Shown here in pieces: positions 7,941-15,846 of a DNA stretch of 29,739 nucleotides. A program made the position numbers and the translations under genes. The stretch is taken from the IMG/VR virus record IMGVR_UViG_2531839666_000033, positions 1-29,739 of that record; one strand, 5' to 3'. This stretch comes from a virus (lineage: Duplodnaviria > Heunggongvirae > Uroviricota > Caudoviricetes). The notes under the pieces were generated by a model that searched no databases, was not told the DNA's origin, and saw only the letters and a list, made by a program, of their open reading frames with translations. The first letter of the stretch is position 1. Every line of letters starts with the position of its first letter.

Positions 7941-9529
7941 AACGAACGCCTGTCCTGATTGATGTGAACGGCGTTCCGCTTCGGGAGAGTCTCAGCTACC
8001 ACGGGGGCGGTGCAGGATTTGGCGGGCAAATGGCGGAGTGGTTGCCACCCTCGCAGAGTGCCGATGCGGCCCTGCTGCCCGCGTTGCGTCTGGGGAATGC
8101 CCGTGCAGATGATCTGGTGCGCAATAACGGGATAGCGGCTAATGCGGTGGCCCTGCATAAGGATCATATTGTCGGGCATATGTTTCTGATCAGCTACCGT
8201 CCGAACTGGCGCTGGCTGGGGATGCGGGAGACTGCGGCAAAAAGTTTTGTCGATGAGGTGGAGGCGGCCTGGTCGGAATACGCAGAAGGGATGTTTGGCG
8301 AGATCGACGTGGAAGGGAAACGTACGTTTACGGAATTTATCCGTGAAGGTGTGGGCGTTCATGCCTTTAACGGCGAAATCTTTGTGCAGCCGGTCTGGGA
8401 CACGGAGAGCACGCAGCTGTTTCGTACGCGTTTTAAAGCCGTGAGTCCGAAACGGGTGGACACGCCAGGGCACGGTATGGGGAACCGCTTTCTGCGGGCC
8501 GGTGTGGAGGTCGATCGATATGGCCGTGCCGTTGCGTACCATATCTGTGAGGATGATTTTCCGTTCTCCGGGAGTGGACGATGGGAACGGATCCCGCGTG
8601 AACTTCCCACCGGGCGTCCGGCCATGCTGCATATTTTCGAGCCGGTGGAGGACGGGCAGACCCGTGGAGCCAATCAGTTTTACAGCGTCATGGAACGGCT
8701 GAAGATGCTCGATTCCCTGCAGGCAACACAGCTTCAGTCGGCCATAGTGAAGGCGATGTATGCAGCGACGATTGAAAGTGAACTTGATACCGAAAAGGCC
8801 TTTGAATATATCGCGGGGGCACCGCAGGGTCAGCAGGATAATCCGCTTATTAATATTCTGGAGAAGTTCTCCAGCTGGTATGACACGAATCATGTGACGC
8901 TGGGCGGTGCCAAAATTCCGCACCTTTTCCCCGGTGATGATCTGAAACTGCAGACCGCGCAGGATTCAGACAATGGATTTTCGGCGCTTGAACAGGCGCT
9001 GCTGCGGTATATCGCCGCCGGTCTTGGCGTTTCCTACGAACAGTTGTCCCGTGATTACTCGAAGGTCAGTTATTCAAGTGCCCGCGCCTCTGCCAATGAG
9101 TCGTGGCGCTATTTTATGGGACGACGAAAATTTATTGCGGCCCGGCTGGCCACGCAGATGTTTTCCTGCTGGCTGGAAGAGGCACTTCTTCGGGGGATTA
9201 TCCGTCCGCCACGGGCACGTTTTGATTTTTATCAGGCGCGATCAGCCTGGTCACGGGCAGAGTGGATTGGTGCCGGAAGAATGGCCATTGACGGGCTCAA
9301 GGAGGTCCAGGAATCGGTGATGCGTATTGATTCCGGACTGAGCACGTATGAGAAAGAGCTGGCGCTGATGGGTGAGGATTATCAGGACATTTTCCGCCAG
9401 CAGGTCAGGGAATCCGCAGAGCGGGAAAAGGCCGGACTCTCACGTCCGGTGTGGATAGCGCAGGCGTATCAGCAGCAGATAGCGGAGAGCCGCAGGCCGG
9501 AAGAGGAGACAACACCACGTGAGACGTAA
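7937..9529 (+). CDS. B: portal protein (lambda gpB-like)
   Basis: 530 aa; SYHGGGAGFGGQ, GNARADDLVRNNG, LQSAIVKAMYAATIESELDT, GRMAIDGLKEVQE all match lambda B. Confidence 0.95.
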   Translation: MKRTPVLIDVNGVPLRESLSYHGGGAGFGGQMAEWLPPSQSADAALLPALRLGNARADDLVRNNGIAANAVALHKDHIVGHMFLISYRPNWRWLGMRETAAKSFVDEVEAAWSEYAEGMFGEIDVEGKRTFTEFIREGVGVHAFNGEIFVQPVWDTESTQLFRTRFKAVSPKRVDTPGHGMGNRFLRAGVEVDRYGRAVAYHICEDDFPFSGSGRWERIPRELPTGRPAMLHIFEPVEDGQTRGANQFYSVMERLKMLDSLQATQLQSAIVKAMYAATIESELDTEKAFEYIAGAPQGQQDNPLINILEKFSSWYDTNHVTLGGAKIPHLFPGDDLKLQTAQDSDNGFSALEQALLRYIAAGLGVSYEQLSRDYSKVSYSSARASANESWRYFMGRRKFIAARLATQMFSCWLEEALLRGIIRPPRARFDFYQARSAWSRAEWIGAGRMAIDGLKEVQESVMRIDSGLSTYEKELALMGEDYQDIFRQQVRESAEREKAGLSRPVWIAQAYQQQIAESRRPEEETTPRET

Positions 9530-11024
9530 TCTTTCACACATTATTGCCGCAGCGTTCAATGAACCGCTGCTTCTGGAGCCCGCCTATGCGCGGGTTTTCT
9601 TTTGCGCGCTCGGACGCGAGATGGGGGCTGCAAGTCTTTCGGTACCACAACAGCAGGTACAGCTTGATGCTCCCGGAATGCTGGCTGAAACGGACGAGTA
9701 CATGGCCGGAGGTAAACGACCGGCCCGTGTTTACCGGGTGGTGAACGGTATTGCGGTACTGCCGGTGACCGGCACGCTGGTGCACCGGCTGGGTGGCATG
9801 CGGCCATTTTCCGGAATGACAGGCTATGACGGCATTGTCGCCTGTCTTCAGCAGGCAATGGCGGATAGCCAGGTGCGGGGCGTACTGCTGGACATTGACA
9901 GTCCGGGCGGGCAGGCCGCAGGCGCGTTTGACTGCGCTGACATGATTTACCGCCTCCGGCAGCAGAAGCCTGTCTGGGCACTGTGCAATGACACGGCCTG
10001 TTCTGCAGCCATGCTGCTGGCGTCGGCCTGCTCCCGACGGCTGGTTACCCAGACATCCCGTATCGGCTCCATTGGCGTGATGATGAGCCATGTCAGCTAT
10101 GCCGGTCATCTGGCGCAGGCCGGGGTGGATATCACGCTGATTTATGCCGGGGCGCATAAGGTGGATGGCAATCAGTTTGAAGCGTTACCGTCAGAGGTGC
10201 GTCAGGACATGCAGCAGCGCATTGATGCGGCGCACCGGATGTTTGCCGAAAAAGTGGCGATGTATACGGGGCTGTCTGTGGACGCTGTCACGGGGACAGA
10301 GGCTGCCGTTTTTGAAGGTCAGTCCGGCCTTAATACCGGACTGGCGGATGAATTAATCAATGCGTCGGATGCCATCAGCGTGATGGCTGCGGCGCTGAAC
10401 ACACATGATACAGGAGGCACTATGCCGCAATTAACTGCAACGGAAGCTGCCGCGCAGGAGAACCAGCGAGTGATGGGGATCCTGACGTGTCAGGAAGCGA
10501 AAGGACGTGAACACCTTGCCACGATGCTGGCAGGACAACAGGGCATGAGCGTTGAACAGGCCCGGGCGATTCTGACCGCGGCAGCACCACAGCAGCCGGT
10601 GGCATCCGCGCAGAGTGAAGCCGATCGCATTATGGCGTGTGAAGAGGCTAAAGGTCGTGAACAACTGGCGGCAACGCTGGCGGCGATGCCGGAGATGACG
10701 GTGGAAAAAGCCCGCCTGATCCTGGCGGCTGCACCACTGGCGGATGCCGGGCCCTCACTCCGTGATCAGATCATGGCCCTGGATGAGGCAAAAGGGGCTG
10801 AGGCGCAGGCTGAAAAACTGGCGGCCTGCCCGGGAATGACCGTGGAGAACGCCCGGGCTGTGCTGGCTGCGGGATCAGGTAAGGCAGAACCGGTTTCTGC
10901 ATCCACAACCGCCCTGTTTGAACATTTCATGGCGAACCATTCACCGGCAGCGGTACAGGGTGGCGTGCCACAGACGTCAGCAGACGGTGATGCGGACGTG
11001 AAAATGCTCATGGCCATGCCATGA
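9519..11024 (+). CDS. C: head maturation protease / scaffold (lambda gpC with in-frame Nu3-like scaffold region), carrying three tandem copies of the scaffold motif
   Basis: N-terminal S49/ClpP-like protease region matches lambda C (AFNEPLLLEPAYARVFFCAL, PVWALCNDTACSAAMLLASA); the C-terminal part contains three ~50-aa repeats of an MGIL/MACEEAKGRE…MTVE.AR.ILAAAP module. Confidence 0.9.
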   Translation: MRRNLSHIIAAAFNEPLLLEPAYARVFFCALGREMGAASLSVPQQQVQLDAPGMLAETDEYMAGGKRPARVYRVVNGIAVLPVTGTLVHRLGGMRPFSGMTGYDGIVACLQQAMADSQVRGVLLDIDSPGGQAAGAFDCADMIYRLRQQKPVWALCNDTACSAAMLLASACSRRLVTQTSRIGSIGVMMSHVSYAGHLAQAGVDITLIYAGAHKVDGNQFEALPSEVRQDMQQRIDAAHRMFAEKVAMYTGLSVDAVTGTEAAVFEGQSGLNTGLADELINASDAISVMAAALNTHDTGGTMPQLTATEAAAQENQRVMGILTCQEAKGREHLATMLAGQQGMSVEQARAILTAAAPQQPVASAQSEADRIMACEEAKGREQLAATLAAMPEMTVEKARLILAAAPLADAGPSLRDQIMALDEAKGAEAQAEKLAACPGMTVENARAVLAAGSGKAEPVSASTTALFEHFMANHSPAAVQGGVPQTSADGDADVKMLMAMP

Positions 11025-11060
11025 AGCCAGTGCTGACCATCAATAGGAGGTTTTAACAAT

Positions 11061-11408
11061 ATGGTGACGAAAACCATCACTGAACAACGTGCAGAAGTAC
11101 GTATTTTTGCCGGTAATGATCCGGCTCATACCGCCACAGGCAGCAGCGGGATTTCTCAGGCAACACCGGCACTGACGCCCCTGATGCTGGATGAAGCCAG
11201 CGGGAAACTGGTGGTCTGGGACGGACAGAAAGCCGGTAGTGCGGTTGGCATACTGGTACTGCCGCTTGAAGGCACAGAGACGGTGCTGACGTATTACAAG
11301 TCGGGGACCTTTGCGACGGAGGCAATCCGCTGGCCTGAAAGTGTGGATGAACACAAAAAGGCCAACGCCTTTGTCGGCACAGCCCTGAGTCACGCGGCGC
11401 TGCCGTAA
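11061..11408 (+). CDS. D: head decoration protein (lambda gpD-like)
   Basis: 115 aa; DPAHTATG…TPLMLD…KLVVWDG…GILVL…YYKSGTF matches lambda D; AGGAGG RBS. Confidence 0.9.
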   Translation: MVTKTITEQRAEVRIFAGNDPAHTATGSSGISQATPALTPLMLDEASGKLVVWDGQKAGSAVGILVLPLEGTETVLTYYKSGTFATEAIRWPESVDEHKKANAFVGTALSHAALP

Positions 11409-11465
11409 CACGTTATCAGGCCACCGCGTTGGCCTGACTGATTTCTGAATGAAAGGAACTGATTT

Positions 11466-12494
11466 ATGGGATTGTTTACGACCCGCCAGTTACTCGGTTA
11501 TACCGAACAAAAAGTGAAATTTCGTGCGCTGTTTCTGGAACTGTTTTTCCGCCGTACGGTGAATTTCCACACCGAAGAGGTGATGCTGGACAAAATTACC
11601 GGAAAAACGCCGGTGGCAGCCTATGTCTCCCCGGTTGTTGAAGGAAAAGTGCTGCGTCATCGTGGTGGTGAAACCCGCGTGTTACGTCCGGGCTACGTCA
11701 AGCCGAAACACGAATTTAATTACCAGCAGGCGGTGGAGCGCCTTCCCGGTGAAGATCCGGCGCAGCTGAACGACCCGGCCTACCGTCGTCTGCGTATCAT
11801 CACCGATAACCTCAAACAGGAAGAGCACGCCATTGTCCAGGTGGAAGAAATGCAGGCGGTGAATGCCGTGCTGTATGGCAAATACACCATGGAAGGAGAC
11901 CAGTTCGAGAAAATTGAGGTTGATTTTGGCAGATCGACGAAGAATAACATCATACAGGGTAGCGGTAAGGAGTGGTCAAAACAGGACCGTGACACGTTCG
12001 ACCCGACATATGATATCGACCTTTTCTGTGATCAGGCCAGCGGTCTTGTGAATATTGCCATCATGGACGGTACCGTCTGGCGTCTGCTGAATGGCTTTAA
12101 GCTGTTCAGCGAAAAACTGGATACCCGTCGCGGCTCAAATTCACAACTCGAAACGGCAGTGAAAGACCTGGGGTCGGTGGTGTCTTTCAAGGGGTATTAC
12201 GGTGATCTGGCCATTGTGGTGGCGAAAACATCTTATGTGGCAGAGGACGGTACCGAAAAACGTTATTTGCCGGAGGGCACGCTGGTCCTGGGAAATACGG
12301 CTGCTGAGGGCATCCGTTGCTATGGTGCCATTCAGGATGCGCAGGCGTTGTCCGAAGGTGTGGTGGCCTCTTCCCGTTATCCGAAACACTGGATGACCGT
12401 GGGCGATCCGGCCCGTGAATTCACCATGACGCAGTCCGCTCCGCTGATGGTGCTGCCGGATCCGGATGAGTTTGTGGTGGTACAGGTGAAATAA
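11466..12494 (+). CDS. E: major capsid protein (lambda gpE-like)
   Basis: 342 aa; YVKPKHE, AIVQVEEMQAVNAVLYGKYTM, DTRRGSNSQLETAVKDLG, GDPAREFTMTQSAPLMVLPDPDEFV match lambda E. Confidence 0.95.
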   Translation: MGLFTTRQLLGYTEQKVKFRALFLELFFRRTVNFHTEEVMLDKITGKTPVAAYVSPVVEGKVLRHRGGETRVLRPGYVKPKHEFNYQQAVERLPGEDPAQLNDPAYRRLRIITDNLKQEEHAIVQVEEMQAVNAVLYGKYTMEGDQFEKIEVDFGRSTKNNIIQGSGKEWSKQDRDTFDPTYDIDLFCDQASGLVNIAIMDGTVWRLLNGFKLFSEKLDTRRGSNSQLETAVKDLGSVVSFKGYYGDLAIVVAKTSYVAEDGTEKRYLPEGTLVLGNTAAEGIRCYGAIQDAQALSEGVVASSRYPKHWMTVGDPAREFTMTQSAPLMVLPDPDEFVVVQVK

Positions 12495-12501
12495 TCCGTG
12501 A

Positions 12502-12531
12502 GCGGGGGCGAAATGCCCCCGTGTCTTTTTT
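12502..12531 (+). terminator. Rho-independent terminator-like hairpin immediately after the major capsid gene (probably a partial, read-through terminator)
   Basis: gcgggggcgaaatgcccccgtgtctttttt: about 8-bp GC stem, 5-nt loop, T6 tract. Confidence 0.45.
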
Positions 12532-12546
12532 CACAGGGGGCTGGAT

Positions 12547-12915
12547 ATGGCAACAAAAGAAGAAAATCAGAAACGTCTTCGTGAACTGGCTGGCCTGCTG
12601 GGGCGCGAGGCGGATATGTCGGGGAGTGCAGCGGATATCGCACAGCGTGTGGCAGAGTGGGAAGAGGAGGTTTGCGCATCGGAAAATGAAATCGCAGATG
12701 TTGATGATACCGTTTATGAGCAGGCATACAGGAACACTGGTGAGGATGCTTTCGGTATTCTGGAACGTATCAGGCTTCTGAAGTGTTTTTACCTGTGCGG
12801 TGTTGACGATGAAACAAGTGAGCCTGTTGAGCATGTTGATGCTGGCAGAGTAATTCTGATGCCCCCCTCAGTGGCAAAAGACATGGTCAAGAGTGGAATG
12901 GCCGTTTATGCGTGA
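12547..12915 (+). CDS. FI: DNA packaging / head assembly protein (lambda FI-like, divergent)
   Basis: 122-aa acidic protein in the FI position between E and FII; weak similarity to lambda FI; GGGGG RBS. Confidence 0.6.
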   Translation: MATKEENQKRLRELAGLLGREADMSGSAADIAQRVAEWEEEVCASENEIADVDDTVYEQAYRNTGEDAFGILERIRLLKCFYLCGVDDETSEPVEHVDAGRVILMPPSVAKDMVKSGMAVYA

Positions 12916-13261
12916 TTTTCAGAATGCCTTCGATGCTGCCCTCGCCGGGGTGGACAGCACGATTGTTGAAGTGATGGGACTCTGTGCGCAGTTCACCTCG
13001 GGGGCACAGCGTGGCGGCGAAGTTCAGGGGGTTTTTGACGATCCGGAGTCGCTGGGTTTTGCCGGTGGCGGGGTCCGTATTGAAGGAAGCAGCCCGTCAT
13101 TATTTGTGCGGACGGATACGGTGCGTGCTGTGCGGCGTGGTGACACGCTGACCATTAACGGCGAGATGTTCTGGGTGGATCGTGTTTCTCCGGATGACGG
13201 GGGCAGCTGTTATCTCTGGCTCAACCGTGGGCAACCACCCGCAGTTAACCGGCGACGATAA
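12908..13261 (+). CDS. FII: head-tail connector protein (lambda FII-like)
   Basis: GVFDDPESLGFAGGGVRIEGSSPSLFVRTD…RRGDTLTINGEMFWVDRVSPDDGGSCYLWL matches lambda FII; ATG 12908 preferred over the track start 12893 by alignment. Confidence 0.88.
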   Translation: MRDFQNAFDAALAGVDSTIVEVMGLCAQFTSGAQRGGEVQGVFDDPESLGFAGGGVRIEGSSPSLFVRTDTVRAVRRGDTLTINGEMFWVDRVSPDDGGSCYLWLNRGQPPAVNRRR

Positions 13262-13276
13262 ACGCAGGGTGAAATT

Positions 13277-13810
13277 ATGGCGATAAAAGGGCTTGATCAG
13301 GCGATTGAAAATCTGAGCCGGGTTCGTAAAAACGCCATTCCTGCTGCTTCAGCAATGGCCATTAACCGCGTGGCCACAACGGCAATAAATCAGTCTGCGT
13401 CACAGGTTGCCCGTGAGACAAAGGTACGCCGGAAACTGGTAAAGGAACGCTCCAGACTGAAACGGGCCACGGTCAGAAATCCGAATGCAAAAATTATCGT
13501 TAACCGCGGTGATCTTCCAGTGATTAAGCTGGGGATCAGGATGCTGGGCCGTCGTCCGAACAGCATACTTAAAGCCGGTCAGCATCGGTATCAGCGGGCA
13601 TTCATTCAGCGATTAAAAAACGGTCGCTGGCATGTCATGCAGCGTGTGGCCGGGAAAAACCGTTACCCTATTGATGTGGTGAAAATCCCGATGGCGGCCC
13701 CACTGAAACAGGCGTTTGATGAGAATGTTGACCGTATCCGGCGTGAACGCCTGCCCGGAGAACTGGCATCCGCGCTGAAACAACAACTGAGGATTGCGAT
13801 AAAACGATGA
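13277..13810 (+). CDS. Z: tail completion protein (lambda gpZ-like)
   Basis: MAIKGL.QA.ENLSR…AMAINRVA…QSASQVARETKVRRKLVKER.RLKRATV matches lambda Z; about 15 aa shorter internally. Confidence 0.85.
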   Translation: MAIKGLDQAIENLSRVRKNAIPAASAMAINRVATTAINQSASQVARETKVRRKLVKERSRLKRATVRNPNAKIIVNRGDLPVIKLGIRMLGRRPNSILKAGQHRYQRAFIQRLKNGRWHVMQRVAGKNRYPIDVVKIPMAAPLKQAFDENVDRIRRERLPGELASALKQQLRIAIKR

Positions 13811-14202
13811 AACATACTGATATCCGTGCTGCAGTGCTGGATGCACTCGAGCAGCATGAACACGGGGCGACGCTGTTTGATGGTCGCCCCGTTGTTTTTG
13901 ACGAAGAGGATTTTCCTGCGATCGCGGTTTATCTGACGGATGCAGAGTATACCGGTGAAGAGTTGGATGCAGATACCTGGCGGGCCACACTGCATATTGA
14001 GGTGTTTTTACCGGCACAGGTACCTGATTCGGAGCTCGATCAGTGGATGGAAAGCCGGATTTATCCGGCGATGACTGCGATCCCGGCACTGGCAGGACTG
14101 ATTACCACGATGGTTACGCAGGGCTATGAGTATCGTCGTGATGACGATATGGCGTTATGGAGCTCTGCGGATCTGACTTATTCCATTACATACGAGATGT
14201 GA
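13807..14202 (+). CDS. U: tail terminator protein (lambda gpU-like)
   Basis: 131 aa, near-identical in pattern to lambda U ([14 protein letters not shown]…[17 protein letters not shown]…[11 protein letters not shown]). Confidence 0.92.
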   Translation: MKHTDIRAAVLDALEQHEHGATLFDGRPVVFDEEDFPAIAVYLTDAEYTGEELDADTWRATLHIEVFLPAQVPDSELDQWMESRIYPAMTAIPALAGLITTMVTQGYEYRRDDDMALWSSADLTYSITYEM

Positions 14203-14209
14203 GGACGAT

Positions 14210-14956
14210 ATGGCAACACCAAATCCTCTTGAGCCGGTGAAAGGTTCCGGTACCACACTGTGGGTTTACAACGGCAAGGCTGATGCTTATGCAAACCCGT
14301 TGTCAGACGATGACTGGCAGCGACTGGCGAAGGTGAAGGATCTGACCCCCGGCGAGATGACGGCGGAATCCTACGATGATAACTATCTGGATGATGAGGA
14401 TGCTGACTGGGTATCCACCGGGCAGGGGCAGAAATCTGCCGGTGATACCAGTTTTACGCTGGCCTGGAAGCCGGGAGAGGAAGGCCAGAAAGGGCTTATA
14501 GGCTGGTTTGAAAGCGGCGATGTCCGGGCCTATAAAATCCGTTTTCCGAATGGCACGGTGGATGTGTTTCGTGGCTGGGTCAGCAGTATCGGTAAGGCCG
14601 TGACGGCGAAAGAAGTGATCACCCGCACGGTGAAAGTCACTAACGTGGGTAAACCTTCTGTAGCGGAAGAACGCAGCAAAATTACGCCGGTCACTGCGAT
14701 TAAGGTAACGCCGACAGGTACGGTTGAAAAAGGGAAAACAACCACCCTGACCGTTACTGTGGAACCGGAAAATGCAACGGATAAGACATTCAGGGCGATT
14801 TCCACCGATCCATCAAAAGCCACCATTAGCGTGAAAGATATGACGATTACTGTGACGGGGGTTAAGGATGGAAAAGTCAGCATCCCTGTGATTTCCGGTA
14901 ATGGTCAGTTTGCTGCGGTGGCTGAAATTACCGTTAATAATGTGCCGGGTGGCTAA
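14210..14956 (+). CDS. V: major tail protein (lambda gpV-like) with C-terminal Ig-like domain
   Basis: 248 aa; GTTLWVY…[36 protein letters not shown]…[39 protein letters not shown] matches lambda V. Confidence 0.95.
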   Translation: MATPNPLEPVKGSGTTLWVYNGKADAYANPLSDDDWQRLAKVKDLTPGEMTAESYDDNYLDDEDADWVSTGQGQKSAGDTSFTLAWKPGEEGQKGLIGWFESGDVRAYKIRFPNGTVDVFRGWVSSIGKAVTAKEVITRTVKVTNVGKPSVAEERSKITPVTAIKVTPTGTVEKGKTTTLTVTVEPENATDKTFRAISTDPSKATISVKDMTITVTGVKDGKVSIPVISGNGQFAAVAEITVNNVPGG

Positions 14957-14974
14957 AGAGCTGAGAGATAAGCG

Positions 14975-15406
14975 ATGTTCCTGAAAACAGAACAATTTGA
15001 ATATAACGGTGTATCCGTCATGCTTTCTGAGCTGTCTGCGCTGCAGCGTATTGAGCATCTTGCCCTCCTGAAACGGCGGGCAGAAGAGGCTGAAGCCAGC
15101 GGCAACCTGCAGGTGAGTGTGGAAGATCTTGTCAGAACCGGCGCGTTTCTGGTGGCGATGTCCCTGTGGCATAACCATCCACAGAAAACGCAGTCACCGT
15201 CAATGAATGAGGCCGTGATGAAGATAGAGCAGGAAGTGCTCACCACCTGGCCTGCCGATGCCATTGCCCAGGCGGAAGACGTGGTGTTGTGCCTGTCCGG
15301 GATGATCGAAGCTGTTCGTCCGGATACTGATATTACTGAAGTGGCGAAAAATAACACGCTGACTGATGATGATTTTTCTGCGGGAAAGTCTTCGACGGCG
15401 AGCTGA
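14975..15406 (+). CDS. G: tail assembly chaperone (lambda gpG-like)
   Basis: MFLKTE.FE.NGV.V.LSELSALQRIEHLAL.KR.AE…RTGAFLVAMSLWHNHPQKTQ.PSMNEAV matches lambda G. Confidence 0.9.
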   Translation: MFLKTEQFEYNGVSVMLSELSALQRIEHLALLKRRAEEAEASGNLQVSVEDLVRTGAFLVAMSLWHNHPQKTQSPSMNEAVMKIEQEVLTTWPADAIAQAEDVVLCLSGMIEAVRPDTDITEVAKNNTLTDDDFSAGKSSTAS

Positions 15407-15846
15407 ACTTTGCCCTCAGACTGGCGCGTGAGATGGGGAGACCCGACTGGCGCGCCATGCTTGCCGGGATGACATCCACCGAATATGCCGACTGGCACCG
15501 TTTTTACCGCACGCATTATTTTCAGGATACCCAGCTGGATATGCATTTTTCCGGGCTGACGTACGCTGTACTCAGCCTGTTTTTTTGCGATCCGGATATG
15601 CATCCCTCTGATTTCAGTCTGCTTGTCCCCCGGCATGAGGAAGAGCAGGTGGAGAGGCCGGATGAGGACAAAATGCTGATGCAGAAAGCGGCAGGACTTG
15701 CCGGAGGCGTCCGGTTCGGTGGGGACGGAGGGCGCGATATTTTATCGTCTGCGGATGTGGCGGATGTCATGGTGGATGATGCCGCATTAATGATGGCTTC
15801 AGCGGGGATTCCGGGAGGTGTGAGATATGTCCCAGCCGGTTGGTGA
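14975..15846 (+). CDS. T: tail assembly chaperone G-T fusion, made by programmed -1 ribosomal frameshift at GGGAAAG (15382-15388)
   Basis: The -1 frame after the slip site is open to 15846 (ORF 15433..15846 is its downstream part); the slippery heptamer sits in the same G GGA AAG register as in lambda. Confidence 0.85.
15382..15388 (+). promoter_or_regulatory. -1 programmed ribosomal frameshift slippery heptamer GGGAAAG (G/G-T)
   Basis: Heptamer in G-frame register G GGA AAG, 6 codons before the G stop. Confidence 0.8.

Noticed and set aside
7766-8923. 385-aa minus-strand ORF
   Set aside because: Antisense to the well-conserved portal gene B; Arg/Pro/His-rich low-complexity translation, typical of a spurious antisense ORF in GC-rich coding DNA.
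14953-15636. 227-aa minus-strand ORF
   Set aside because: Antisense to G and G-T, which are conserved and carry the frameshift site.
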